This document shows positions 19,146 to 29,207 of a stretch of 64,000 nucleotides of DNA, piece after piece. Position 1 is the first letter of the stretch, and the number at the start of each line of letters is the position of its first letter. The stretch spans positions 72,280 to 136,279 of IMG/VR virus record IMGVR_UViG_3300032284_002843. One strand, written 5' to 3'. The notes under the pieces were generated by a model. That model ran no database searches, was not told the DNA's origin, and worked only from the letters and a program-made list of their open reading frames with translations. Origin of the DNA: a virus. The translations under genes were made by a program, and so were the position numbers.

Positions 19146-19188
19146 GTTGATAAAACATGGTATGCTTGTAAAAAGGAGTATACCATGT
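19137..19188 (+). promoter_or_regulatory. sigma70-like promoter overlapping an RBS/start-occluding hairpin
   Basis: TTGACA-18-TATGCT; 12-bp stem ACATGGTATGCT/AGTATACCATGT covering the SD edge and ATG 19185. Confidence 0.6.
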
Positions 19189-19481
19189 CAACTTCTGGAC
19201 AAGAACAAAATACTGAAAGTCTTCAGTTAGCAGATTTACAAAATTTACTTGTAATAATTGATATTGCATGCCAGCGCGGTGCATTCAAAGGTCCTGAACT
19301 AAGTCAAGTTGGATCCGTGTTTGATAGAGTTTCAAAATTCTTAAAAAGTGTTGAGCCAAAAAATGAGCAACCGGTTCAACAACCAGAGCAGCCACAGCAA
19401 GCCCCTCTTGTAACACCTGTTCCGTCGCCTATGACAACAGCTTCAACACCGCCCTTTTCATTATTAGGAGGAAATTATTAA
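19185..19481 (+). CDS. phage hypothetical protein
   Basis: AAGGAG SD; DL...IIDIA..RGAFKG.EL motif; Pro/Gln-rich tail. Confidence 0.75.
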   Translation: MSTSGQEQNTESLQLADLQNLLVIIDIACQRGAFKGPELSQVGSVFDRVSKFLKSVEPKNEQPVQQPEQPQQAPLVTPVPSPMTTASTPPFSLLGGNY

Positions 19482-20122
19482 TGAACGATTTCACAGGAAT
19501 GACTAAACACGTTGGTGTTGTAACCAACACAGGTAAGAATGTCGTTGTAGTTTTTATGAGCCTTCCGGGTGATGAAAACAATGCACTAGTAGTAGATGTA
19601 GATGCTTTACCAGATACGTTTAATGAAAGTTTGCGTAGAATTGTAGAAAGCGAAGAAGGACAAAATGCAAAAAATCTTGCAGATGTACTTGGAAGAAGAA
19701 TGAGTCCAGATGGCAGTAATCTTACACTTCTAAATAAATTCCACAACGCCGGCCGCTTGCAAAAGGTTCCAGTAGATTTGATTGCTATGACACCAAGAAA
19801 AGGTGTACGTTGGCCTCTGCGCGAAATTCTTAATGCCATGAAGCAACAAAAAGAATCATCTCCAGACGGATTTGATGATCTTGATCCAGAGACAAAAGCT
19901 GCTGTAGCTGCAGATTTGAAAAAGTTCAACGTTCATGCTAATAACATTCAAGGCGAAACGTCAGCAAATGCCAAGGATCAAGCAGTTGGTCTAATCAAGC
20001 AAGCAGAGCTTATGGAAGCAGATGCACAGTCATTAAGAATGCGTGCATACAAGATGGATCCATCATTGAAGCCTGTTAAGAAGGCACCTAAGGCCAAAGC
20101 TAAAGAAGAAGCGTCTGAATAA
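19481..20122 (+). CDS. phage hypothetical protein
   Basis: AGGAGG SD; KHVG motif; coiled-coil and basic C-terminus. Confidence 0.75.
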   Translation: MNDFTGMTKHVGVVTNTGKNVVVVFMSLPGDENNALVVDVDALPDTFNESLRRIVESEEGQNAKNLADVLGRRMSPDGSNLTLLNKFHNAGRLQKVPVDLIAMTPRKGVRWPLREILNAMKQQKESSPDGFDDLDPETKAAVAADLKKFNVHANNIQGETSANAKDQAVGLIKQAELMEADAQSLRMRAYKMDPSLKPVKKAPKAKAKEEASE

Positions 20123-20130
20123 ACAAATAT

Positions 20131-20160
20131 AAAAAAGGCTACATTAAGTAGCCTTTTTTT
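20131..20160. terminator. bidirectional intrinsic terminator between convergent genes
   Basis: AAAAAAGGCTAC-ATTAA-GTAGCCTTTTTT. Confidence 0.85.
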
Positions 20161-20509
20161 AATAACCCATCTGTTTTCTAACAGCAGTAGCAGATATTGA
20201 TTCTATAGCCTCTCCGAGCTCAATTTTCTCAATTTTGTAACCAACATCTCTACCATAGAGAATATTAGTAATGTTTGGAACAAGAATTATTTGATATTTG
20301 CCAACATAATCTACTAGTTTCTCTTCGATCTTGTTCTTTACAAATTCAAAATCAAATGGATTCTTATCATCTGTACCGCCTGTGTCACGTACTGCGATTA
20401 GAACTTGTTCAGCTCTATTTAATGCTTCTTTAAACAAAGCAAAATGCCCATCGTGGAATGGTTGATAACGGCCCAACATAAAGGCCGTTTGTTTTTTATT
20501 ATCCCACAT
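20159..20509 (-). CDS. cytidylyltransferase-like (HxGH) nucleotidyltransferase
   Basis: GRYQPFHDGH, NPF, ISAT.VR. Confidence 0.85.
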   Translation of the reverse strand: MWDNKKQTAFMLGRYQPFHDGHFALFKEALNRAEQVLIAVRDTGGTDDKNPFDFEFVKNKIEEKLVDYVGKYQIILVPNITNILYGRDVGYKIEKIELGEAIESISATAVRKQMGY

Positions 20510-20934
20510 TAAAAAGTACCCCAATGATCTTTAAACATTCTTGCATAAGTTGTTGCATTGAGATCTAAAATCTTTGAATTATAGTATGTTGGAGGCTGAA
20601 ATAACTTGTTTGTATCTTCAAATCTACCTTCTTTAATAGTATCCATCCATATTAAAAAGCAAGGACCAAATGCTGCTCTAGTTTCTTCTGTTGGACAAAC
20701 AAAATCTGCAATGGCTATATGTCCTGCTGCGTTTACTGTATCACACAACCATCCCATACGTCTTGCCTGTTCAATTCTATCGTCAGTTGAAAAGCTAAGA
20801 TCCTTATTAATATTTGATCTTACAGCGTCAGCATTCCAATGAACTGCTCCTGTAAGTTTAGCTAATTCAGTCGCTAATGTAGTTTTACCACTACCTGGCA
20901 AACCCATTATTAATATCTTTAATGGCTTATTCAT
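20509..20934 (-). CDS. cysC: adenylylsulfate kinase-like
   Basis: GLPGSGKTT, NADAVR, DLSFS..DR.EQARR, FVCP, FQPP. Confidence 0.75.
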   Translation of the reverse strand: MNKPLKILIMGLPGSGKTTLATELAKLTGAVHWNADAVRSNINKDLSFSTDDRIEQARRMGWLCDTVNAAGHIAIADFVCPTEETRAAFGPCFLIWMDTIKEGRFEDTNKLFQPPTYYNSKILDLNATTYARMFKDHWGTF

Positions 20935-21713
20935 TTAATAGATTCCAATCGTTTCCAGTTATTCACAGTTTTTCCTTTACAAAACCAAACTAATACAGAT
21001 TTTGGATTTAATCCTTGGTCTTTTGCCCATTTTGTAATATTCTTAACTTTAATTATTTCTTTAGTGATTACATTTTCTAAAATATGAACACGACTATTTT
21101 TATCTGCTATTATCATTCTAGATTCTGGTTTTGTGTTCATACCATTTTTATCACCTATGTTATTACCCTTAGATTTAAAAGTTTTAACACGTTTTTTTAT
21201 TGTTGCATTTGACACCTGTTTACCAGGATTTGAATGTATCATTCTTTCTGATCTTCTTTTACGCTCATTATCAGATAAATTTAGTTTTTTACCTTTACCT
21301 GATTCACTTATCATAGATTTTATTTTATCAGCTTTGTCATATCCATATATTTCTTCATATGTTTTACCTTTTTGAAATGAAGTCCATTTTTGTCTAGATT
21401 TTTTATTTTTCTTTCTATACTTGGCTGTCCAATGTTTGCTATTGTTTCCACCTGATTCTTCTTCCATAGATAAATTTGCCCATTCATTGCTATCAACGAC
21501 ATTCCATAATTTACTAAAATATACTCCCCATTTTTTTATTTCCTCATTTGAAGAACATTCTTTTAATATAAAAGTATCAACATTATTTCCATGCTTCCTA
21601 ATATGTTTTAACCAATATTTTCCAGAACCTTTATATTTAAATGGATCTTTACTTGTCTTTCCTAAATATTTGAGATTTGTTAGCTTATGAATTTTTACAT
21701 ATAGATAAATCAT
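20931..21713 (-). CDS. GIY-YIG (Seg-like) homing endonuclease
   Basis: YLY...LKYLGKT...YKGSG..W; basic NUMOD-like C-terminus. Confidence 0.8.
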   Translation of the reverse strand: MIYLYVKIHKLTNLKYLGKTSKDPFKYKGSGKYWLKHIRKHGNNVDTFILKECSSNEEIKKWGVYFSKLWNVVDSNEWANLSMEEESGGNNSKHWTAKYRKKNKKSRQKWTSFQKGKTYEEIYGYDKADKIKSMISESGKGKKLNLSDNERKRRSERMIHSNPGKQVSNATIKKRVKTFKSKGNNIGDKNGMNTKPESRMIIADKNSRVHILENVITKEIIKVKNITKWAKDQGLNPKSVLVWFCKGKTVNNWKRLESIK

Positions 21714-21761
21714 TTTCAACCTTGCATTGTACTAAAACTATTTAGTAAGGTATCCACTATC

Positions 21762-22451
21762 TTACAAATTATTTCCTTCTATATATTCATTTATTAATGA
21801 TGCTAATGAAGGAAAATGTATCATAAATTCTTTGGCCGCTGATATTGCAACTTCTCTATGTTCTTTTTGAGTGCTCTTATCACAACGTACTTGAAAATAT
21901 GTAATCCAACTCCTGGCCGTTCCGTTCATGTAAATTCTAGACTTAGTCAGGCCTTCTGGCAAAATCGCTCTGGCTTGTTCTTTAGCTATTCCGTGATCAA
22001 TAGCCCATTGATAATCAATCTTAGCTTGCTTAATATATTGTTCTTGAATCACCTTCCATGTTCCGTGCAAGGTTTTGTCGTCTGTTTCTATGCTATTTTG
22101 ACGATTCTTAGTATCCTGCAATCTTGCTTCTCTGGTAACAAATCCTAAGTCGTCAGTTGGGTCTGCATAGCGTTGGCTAAATTCTTGGAAGCTAAACGAT
22201 CTATGACGCAATATTTGCCTAGCAATATCACGTGTTGTATCGATTTGCATTACAACGGTAACCATTTCAAATATACTGAAATGTTTATTTTTGATGCAAT
22301 ACTTTAAAAGCTTTTCTGAAGTTTCAGTGTTCATCTGATTGCTAGGATTTGATACCCTAGCACAATATGCTATGAACTCTTCAGCTGTGTTTATGTTTTC
22401 AATAAAAGGTTTGGTTATAGCAACTATCTTTGCTGTGTTATCATTTGACAT
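21762..22451 (-). CDS. thyX: flavin-dependent thymidylate synthase
   Basis: ARVS, H.SIFE, RHRSFSFQEFSQRY, KEQAR..LP, TQKEHR. Confidence 0.93.
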   Translation of the reverse strand: MSNDNTAKIVAITKPFIENINTAEEFIAYCARVSNPSNQMNTETSEKLLKYCIKNKHFSIFEMVTVVMQIDTTRDIARQILRHRSFSFQEFSQRYADPTDDLGFVTREARLQDTKNRQNSIETDDKTLHGTWKVIQEQYIKQAKIDYQWAIDHGIAKEQARAILPEGLTKSRIYMNGTARSWITYFQVRCDKSTQKEHREVAISAAKEFMIHFPSLASLINEYIEGNNL

Positions 22452-22487
22452 ACATACAATATGTCCAAGCACAGAGATTTAGTCAAC

Positions 22488-22862
22488 TTACCCTTTTTTA
22501 ACTTTTGATGATTTCTTAGTTACTGGTGCTTTTTTTGTTCTTGTTTTTTTAGGTGTAAGATTAATTGCTGGAAAATTTTCTTCGATTGATGCAATCAATA
22601 AAGTTGACCACTTGTTTACATCTCGTTTGATTCTAGTAAAATCAATACTTACTGAACAATGCTGAATTTCGCTTTGTTCGGGCGGTATCGTCTTTTCTCT
22701 AGCACATAAATCTGCAAAATCACTAGCCGATAGTTTATAACTAACTCCGGTTTTTGTTACAACAATTGCATCTTTAATATACCTAGTTGGTGGTTCTGTC
22801 TCAAGGACAAGGCTGTCTATGATCTCGTCCCAAATGTCTGTAGAGGATTTTGCCTTTGGCAT
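22488..22862 (-). CDS. phage hypothetical protein
   Basis: ORF with basic tail; GATAAATA late box upstream. Confidence 0.7.
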   Translation of the reverse strand: MPKAKSSTDIWDEIIDSLVLETEPPTRYIKDAIVVTKTGVSYKLSASDFADLCAREKTIPPEQSEIQHCSVSIDFTRIKRDVNKWSTLLIASIEENFPAINLTPKKTRTKKAPVTKKSSKVKKG

Positions 22863-22915
22863 ATTATTGATCTCTCTAAATATTTCACTATTATTTATCA
22901 TTAAAGTGTGCTCCT

Positions 22916-23599
22916 CTATACTTTTACATCAGGGTATTGTTGCATGAAAAATGTTTTTAACCATGCAAAATCATTTATACTTGATATGTGATCTACAGAC
23001 GAAAAACAAAACTTTTCAGCATCTTGATATCCCTTGTATCCCCAATGGGAAAAATCAGCATATTTGCTTGGATTTTTCCATCCTTCTAATCTGTTTAATG
23101 AATCAGTATCATTGGCGTTTTTACTCAAGTTAAAAAATAACTTAATTACTTCTCTAAATGTGCTTTTCCATGTTTCATACGGGGAAGAATTAAAAATAGT
23201 TGTAGCAATTACATTATCTACTATTTTTATTTTGTCAAAACTTGTGGTAAAATCTAACCAGTTTTCCTTACGTGATGACAATAAATCTCGTGGCCAGAGC
23301 TTTACCGACCCATACCCATAAATTAGAGAATTTAACTGATTTCTACTTAACCATAAATGAATATATTGTTGATCCCACTCAGCAGGGATAAAAGAAAAGT
23401 CCCAGGTGTCGTCTACAATCGTGTCGCCATCTACAGTATAAAACATTTTGGTAAATGATTGTTGGGCACACTTATAATGTGCATTGGCAATGCCTGATAT
23501 TTTATGTATACGTCTTGCCTGTGGTATTTTTGATTTTAAATTTTTCCAGTTATCTTCAGCATTCGGCTCTTCATAACTGATAAAGAATACATCATACAT
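22916..23599 (-). CDS. glycosyltransferase-like protein (GT-A fold)
   Basis: FFISYEEPNA, AH..CA, VDGD (DxD), YGYGSVKLW. Confidence 0.7.
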   Translation of the reverse strand: MYDVFFISYEEPNAEDNWKNLKSKIPQARRIHKISGIANAHYKCAQQSFTKMFYTVDGDTIVDDTWDFSFIPAEWDQQYIHLWLSRNQLNSLIYGYGSVKLWPRDLLSSRKENWLDFTTSFDKIKIVDNVIATTIFNSSPYETWKSTFREVIKLFFNLSKNANDTDSLNRLEGWKNPSKYADFSHWGYKGYQDAEKFCFSSVDHISSINDFAWLKTFFMQQYPDVKV

Positions 23600-24506
23600 T
23601 TCTTAAGGCCGTAAAATGACTTATTAATTGCGGACTCATACACTGCCTAGGAGTATTGATAAAAATTCTTTTAACAAACTTACTGGTGTCGGCGTCGATA
23701 TCAGCTATATCTAATCCGAGAGACTGCTTAAGACTTTTTCCTAGATCAATTGATTCTTTATAGGGATCTTTTGATTGAACATCGTTCCACATCAAATTCA
23801 TTGCTTCATAGTCTGATATGCGAGAATGGTCCCAATCGGTAAACATAGTCATATAACATCCTAATCGTGCTCCATATATTGACCAAATGCCATTATCAAC
23901 ATCTTGACCAAGGCTTGCCCACACACATAACCTCTCTATATTACCAGGCCATAAATCTTTTGTGAAATTTTTTGGCTCAACACGTTTACCCCTATTTAAA
24001 CACATTTTGACGCCTTCTCGAAAGCCACTTCTCCAGGCTTGCATAGGAGAACCATTAACCATAGTGCTGCTATAACATCCTAAAACTTCATGATATTTGT
24101 TACTCCAGCAAAATTCTACAGATTTGGTCGGATCGTCACTATTTTCGTGACTATTCATGTTCATAACGTATTCTTTACTCCATAGCTTCAATCCGCCATT
24201 ACCATAAATTAATCCGTTTACATAATTCCTGCCTGCCCAAGTCCATGCATGATCATGTTGATCATCTGCTATATCAATTTCCTGATCTAAAAATTCAGGA
24301 TATACACTGTTGTCGCCGTCAACTGTGATGAAAAAGTCAGTGTCACTAATTTCTGCACAGCGTCTATGTGCTGTATCAAATCCTTTTACACCGTGAACTC
24401 GTTTGGCCCAGGGTACTAAATTAACTAATTCAGAATATAATAATTCTGCATTTGGTTCATCATAACTAAGAAAGATAAAATCAAAATTGATAGTTTTATA
24501 AATCAT
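23592..24506 (-). CDS. glycosyltransferase-like protein (GT-A fold), paralog of 22916-23599
   Basis: FLSYDEPNA, AHRRCA, VDGDN, YGNGGLKLW, AWRSGFREG. Confidence 0.72.
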   Translation of the reverse strand: MIYKTINFDFIFLSYDEPNAELLYSELVNLVPWAKRVHGVKGFDTAHRRCAEISDTDFFITVDGDNSVYPEFLDQEIDIADDQHDHAWTWAGRNYVNGLIYGNGGLKLWSKEYVMNMNSHENSDDPTKSVEFCWSNKYHEVLGCYSSTMVNGSPMQAWRSGFREGVKMCLNRGKRVEPKNFTKDLWPGNIERLCVWASLGQDVDNGIWSIYGARLGCYMTMFTDWDHSRISDYEAMNLMWNDVQSKDPYKESIDLGKSLKQSLGLDIADIDADTSKFVKRIFINTPRQCMSPQLISHFTALRNV

Positions 24507-24512
24507 TGGTAA

Positions 24513-24947
24513 TTACCACCGTATGTAATAGCTATACTTGTCGCTATTAATAAAATTTATTGTAATAGCATTATCCTGTATTTCATAATTTCCTAAATCC
24601 CAAGTGTTAATCAGCCATGTTGGATTATTCTTTATACTTGCATACAACATAACATATTCTAATGGAGTTTTGGTATATATCTTGATGGTTTCGCCATCTG
24701 TTAATATCTGTAAGTGCCAACCGTCTCTAGATATTAAATTCCAAAAAATAGGTACTTGATCAGATTCAGTTTTTTTGAAACATAATTTTTTATCAATTAC
24801 TTCATAATCAGATAAACGTTTAGTTCCGCTTAAAAATTCCACTGCGTCCTTACCTGGTATTTCAATAGAATTCTCACTGCCAGCTGATCTTTTTATGGAA
24901 ATCAGCTGACCATCCTCTGGATTATAAATTATCCAAGCTTTATCCAT
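24513..24947 (-). CDS. hypothetical protein
   Basis: ORF within the glycosyltransferase cluster. Confidence 0.65.
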   Translation of the reverse strand: MDKAWIIYNPEDGQLISIKRSAGSENSIEIPGKDAVEFLSGTKRLSDYEVIDKKLCFKKTESDQVPIFWNLISRDGWHLQILTDGETIKIYTKTPLEYVMLYASIKNNPTWLINTWDLGNYEIQDNAITINFINSDKYSYYIRW

Positions 24948-25812
24948 ATTTGACGGCCTTTTCGTATATGGAAATAATGTCATCTGTAAGAAAGTCTTTT
25001 ATATGATAATGAAAAGGATATACCTGTCTATGATTACCTATAATACATTCACAATTATCGGTAAAAAAAGGCTTTACATGTTCTCGCCAGTCTTCTGATA
25101 AATTTTCATAATTCCAACCTTGTATCATTGTCTTCATATGTGTAAACGTTGGATACATCGTTGGTTGATATGATGTTTTTTCAAAATCTAAAATTTTCAT
25201 TGCAAGAGCAAATATAACATCAGTTGATAAAAATGTAGGTCTTGAATTAGCCTGTAAAAATTCTTCAAAGAATCTTTCCCAATTCCAAAAAATCATTTTA
25301 GCCAAATCAAAAGTTTGATATGCTTGTTCTTTTTTCCTAAAGTAAAAAAACCCAGTATAAATGTTGGGTAAGTTATTATCTGTAAAAACTTTGCGATAAT
25401 AATCAGATGTAACTGGGCAACCAATCCAGTTACGCACAGTGTTGGTAAAAAGTAAATCTAACGGCTGCGCTTCAAAATATTGCCACCACGATGTGATGTC
25501 GGATAAAAAAAGCATGTCGCAATCTAATTTAATTGTCTCATCGTAGGGACTCATATAGATAGCTTTCCACTCGTTGCTTAGTTTCCAGCTTTCATTTTCT
25601 GCATCATCCTGCCACGGAATTTCAATGATTTTATCAAATGCCCATGCATATTTTTCAGGTACTTGATATCCCTGTGACACACCAATTGATAAATTTGAAA
25701 TAACTGATTGGCTTTTTTTAAGACTAAGTGCAAGCCCGTAGGCTAGCCTTACGTAATCAGTTGACGTATTATTTTGAGCAAAAGTGAAAAACCCTTTATT
25801 ACTTTGTTGCAT
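24940..25812 (-). CDS. glycosyltransferase-like protein (GT8-like)
   Basis: SPYDETIKLDCDML (DxD), TD..FALA, FTHMK, HYH. Confidence 0.72.
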   Translation of the reverse strand: MQQSNKGFFTFAQNNTSTDYVRLAYGLALSLKKSQSVISNLSIGVSQGYQVPEKYAWAFDKIIEIPWQDDAENESWKLSNEWKAIYMSPYDETIKLDCDMLFLSDITSWWQYFEAQPLDLLFTNTVRNWIGCPVTSDYYRKVFTDNNLPNIYTGFFYFRKKEQAYQTFDLAKMIFWNWERFFEEFLQANSRPTFLSTDVIFALAMKILDFEKTSYQPTMYPTFTHMKTMIQGWNYENLSEDWREHVKPFFTDNCECIIGNHRQVYPFHYHIKDFLTDDIISIYEKAVKYG

Positions 25813-26677
25813 AGGTGATAATTTTTTCAGCATTTCGTCCTATACTCCATTTATTCATAACATGTACGTTTGTTCGAATCTGATGTAATGAAAAATTTCC
25901 TTGATCCTTTTCTCCTACAAAAAATGCAGTGTTATTTTTAAAATCTAACAACTCATCATATTCCGTGCTAACCAAAATATACGGAACAGGGAAAGGTTTA
26001 ATTGAATCCTGCTCAAACTGTCCTGATATCATATGTATAGCAATACTTAATGCATAATCATTGCGATAATACTTATTAGGAAAGAATTGATACAAATTTT
26101 CATAATAGCGGTAATTGTCTTTTACAAATTTAACTAAATTAAACAAACTTTGAGCTCTTGAATTTTTCTTAAAATAAATTGCAGTAGCCCAATATAATGG
26201 AATACTCATTTCGTTGAATCTAGTATCAAAACCATTTTGATCGTGCTTATGGTGTAAATCTTTAACTGCTTTATTAATTAAAATATCTTCAGTTCCATTC
26301 CATACAGAATCAAAAGAATTATCTAACATTAAATAATCTGCATCTAATAATATAGTTTCATCAAATGGAGTTAAGTCAAAACTGTCCGGTCTATTTGAAT
26401 TAAAATATGGCTGCGTTTTAAAAGCATATCTGGTATCAAAATATTTTCTATCTTTTACATCTCGGTCAATCTTAACAACTTGTATATTATCAAATGCTTT
26501 TTGTAATAGAGGAGCAGAATGTGTTTGCTTTAAGTAAGTTAATGTATCTTTGGTTGTTACTAGACAAACATTATTAATTGCACAGTTCTTCTTAATTAAC
26601 AACGCAGCACATAAAGCCATTGTCCCATAATCAATTTCTTGATTATTATATGCATGTATTAGATAACCTTGTGACAT
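25799..26677 (-). CDS. glycosyltransferase-like protein (GT8-like), paralog of 24940-25812
   Basis: TPFDETILLDADY (DxD), YWAT..YF, RNDYALSIA, HVMNK. Confidence 0.72.
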   Translation of the reverse strand: MSQGYLIHAYNNQEIDYGTMALCAALLIKKNCAINNVCLVTTKDTLTYLKQTHSAPLLQKAFDNIQVVKIDRDVKDRKYFDTRYAFKTQPYFNSNRPDSFDLTPFDETILLDADYLMLDNSFDSVWNGTEDILINKAVKDLHHKHDQNGFDTRFNEMSIPLYWATAIYFKKNSRAQSLFNLVKFVKDNYRYYENLYQFFPNKYYRNDYALSIAIHMISGQFEQDSIKPFPVPYILVSTEYDELLDFKNNTAFFVGEKDQGNFSLHQIRTNVHVMNKWSIGRNAEKIITYATK

Positions 26678-26678
26678 A

Positions 26679-27041
26679 TTATTTTGTTTCAAAAATATCT
26701 GAAAATTGATCTTTAACTGACCTAGCCTTTTTTAATTTAGAATATTCTGCATGATAAAAATTTGTAGCTTCAAAATACTTGCTTGTAATGTCTTTTAAAA
26801 AAGTCGGTAAATCCGTAATTTCAATTGGATTACCATTTGAATCTATTAATACAACAGTTTCGTATCCTAAATCTATAATACTCTTTACAAATGTAATTAA
26901 ATCCGAGGATACCTTAAAAATTCCACCATTGATAGCAAATACCAACATAGTTTCCATTTTGAGTTTAATGTTTTCTTTTTGATTAAAAAGACTTACCCTG
27001 TAATATGAAAAAACAAGAGCTTTTTGCAATTTATCGTCCAT
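26679..27041 (-). CDS. phage hypothetical protein
   Basis: 120-aa ORF with GAGG SD. Confidence 0.7.
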   Translation of the reverse strand: MDDKLQKALVFSYYRVSLFNQKENIKLKMETMLVFAINGGIFKVSSDLITFVKSIIDLGYETVVLIDSNGNPIEITDLPTFLKDITSKYFEATNFYHAEYSKLKKARSVKDQFSDIFETK

Positions 27042-27087
27042 GTTATAACCTCTATAACATTATTACGAAAATGAATTGATAGATCAA

Positions 27088-28017
27088 TTATAGGTTAGAT
27101 ATAGTAGTAAACGTAGGACTTGCGATGGTCAATCCACCATCTTCTTTAAGCTCGTTTACAAAGCTGCTGATGGTTCCATCTAATGTTGCAGCCGCATCAA
27201 AAATAGCCTGCATTCTTATTAAACTACCATTGGCACCATTTGCTCCAACGTAATTTTCACGTCTGGCCTGTAGTGTATAAGACACAGCAGCATAATACAT
27301 ACCAGACCCTGCATGATGAAATAATGTTTGATAATTACCTGTAAGACCATAGTAACCAATAGCGTATACTGTTCCACCCGATCCTGTATAAGTTGTATTC
27401 TGCGCTGCAAATTTGATTGTTCCCATTGCATTCAACAAGTTTGACATAGACGTATTTGGACCAGTTACAGAACCACCGGTTCTACTACCTGTCAAAAATA
27501 TAGTGCCACCGCTGTTGAAAAAATATCTAGCTAGATTTTCAGTTGAACAATCTATTGTAAACTCATGCACAATTTGAGTGTTCCAACTGGTATTTCTTGT
27601 GCTGGTTAATTTTGATGTGTTTTGCATCTGACCTATGTCATAAGTCAATTTGGCTGCATCTAGGCTAGATATCAATGATGATAGATTTGGCCTACCTGCA
27701 CTACCATCGTTGGCTCTAATAGAATTACCAGCTGATACTGTAGGCTGCAGCGTAAGGCCGGCACCTGTGTGAACATTTATAAGATTCATTACACTTCTAA
27801 GAGTATTCCATTGCGCTGCTGTTACTGTTTGTCCGGTACTTACTGCAGGAAAAGATATGTTTTGGCCATAACCTCTTATACCATATCCTACACCTATCAA
27901 AGCACTTAGCTTGTTAGTAGCTTCACCGTCGTTGGCATAGGGAGTCAAGGCATCATGTGGACCCCTAAATGAAAGGTAATCATTAGCTAGAATTTTTGAG
28001 CCAGCGACATAAGTCAT
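27088..28017 (-). CDS. virion structural protein (tail fibre/baseplate associated)
   Basis: GYGQ...V..G..VTA..W..LR and ARYFFNSGG motifs; Gly/Thr/Ser-rich. Confidence 0.7.
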   Translation of the reverse strand: MTYVAGSKILANDYLSFRGPHDALTPYANDGEATNKLSALIGVGYGIRGYGQNISFPAVSTGQTVTAAQWNTLRSVMNLINVHTGAGLTLQPTVSAGNSIRANDGSAGRPNLSSLISSLDAAKLTYDIGQMQNTSKLTSTRNTSWNTQIVHEFTIDCSTENLARYFFNSGGTIFLTGSRTGGSVTGPNTSMSNLLNAMGTIKFAAQNTTYTGSGGTVYAIGYYGLTGNYQTLFHHAGSGMYYAAVSYTLQARRENYVGANGANGSLIRMQAIFDAAATLDGTISSFVNELKEDGGLTIASPTFTTISNL

Positions 28018-28018
28018 T

Positions 28019-29170
28019 TTAGTTCTTGCCTAACACTATTTCAATAGATTCAATTCCAGTACTGGTTTTTTCAACAAGGCTTCTACCAAGTATTGCTAGA
28101 TATCCATAGCTTTCTTCCCATGCACAAGCGGATCCTTCTAAATCACTAAGCATTAATCTTTGACCCTTTTTCACCGGACCAACTACCTTGCATGGTACAC
28201 GCCCAGTTAATGCCACAGCGACATTCATTTCCGTGTCTGTGGGTTTACTGTTCATTAAATATGCTGGATTAGTAGATACTACGCCGAATACATCGCTATC
28301 GCCTTTGGTATTTGATACTGTTATTTCAGCTCTGCCGCCTAACTTAACAACTGTACCAGCTGCATACGGACGATCAGCCAAATACTTTTCAGCTAAGTCG
28401 GCGTACAACGCTTGTGTAGCAGTTCCTACAAAGTTAGTTGCATAGATACTTGAGAATTTATAGCTGCTGCTGCCTAAATCGTAAGTATTATCGACACTTG
28501 GTAAATTAGTCTGTGTTGTATGGAACAGTGTAGCATCACCTGACACGCCAATGCCGGTAATTGTATTATTTAAATTTAAACCTGGTTGTATTGATGTGAA
28601 ACCTGTAATAGCAGGAACCGGAACAAATGTAGCATCTTTACTGAAAATTCCAAGTAATACTCCACCTATAATTACATACCAAACTTGATGATTGGTGCTA
28701 CCATCTGAAATTTTTGCTGCCTGTAGCTTACTGTAAGTTGAGATTGCAGGATTAACTGGATCAGCATTAGCACTGCTACCTAGAGGACCTACTAGCAACC
28801 ATTGAGATGTACTGCTCCAAACGTACAATTGGTTGTTTGTAGTATCGTACCAAAAAGCACCAACGTTGTTTCCTGGTCCAGGATTGGTCGGGGAAAGAAC
28901 AGCTCCGCCGGCCCCTAACCAGCTTGATCCATTATAGAACTTTAACAACTGTACGCTTGTATCATACCATAATTGGCCAGTTACTGGATGGGCAGGCGCA
29001 CTGGCATTTGCAAAGTTCTGCAACATCCAAAGCATATTTTCGTTAACTGGCTCACCATAATTTAAATAGCCTCTACCCGGAAACTTAATACTGGCATGTG
29101 TGCTATCTAACGTACCGTCCTGTACTGTTGTAAGTAGCGTGCCATCATAATTGAAAATATTTGTTGCCAT
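28019..29170 (-). CDS. tail fibre-like protein with C-terminal chaperone/peptidase-like domain
   Basis: GE..NEN, P..GQLWYD repeats, YADLAEKY...GVVST.PAYLMN...GRVPCKV. Confidence 0.75.
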   Translation of the reverse strand: MATNIFNYDGTLLTTVQDGTLDSTHASIKFPGRGYLNYGEPVNENMLWMLQNFANASAPAHPVTGQLWYDTSVQLLKFYNGSSWLGAGGAVLSPTNPGPGNNVGAFWYDTTNNQLYVWSSTSQWLLVGPLGSSANADPVNPAISTYSKLQAAKISDGSTNHQVWYVIIGGVLLGIFSKDATFVPVPAITGFTSIQPGLNLNNTITGIGVSGDATLFHTTQTNLPSVDNTYDLGSSSYKFSSIYATNFVGTATQALYADLAEKYLADRPYAAGTVVKLGGRAEITVSNTKGDSDVFGVVSTNPAYLMNSKPTDTEMNVAVALTGRVPCKVVGPVKKGQRLMLSDLEGSACAWEESYGYLAILGRSLVEKTSTGIESIEIVLGKN

Positions 29171-29207
29171 TTGCGTCCTCTAAATTCTATGTATATTTAT
29201 ATCATCT

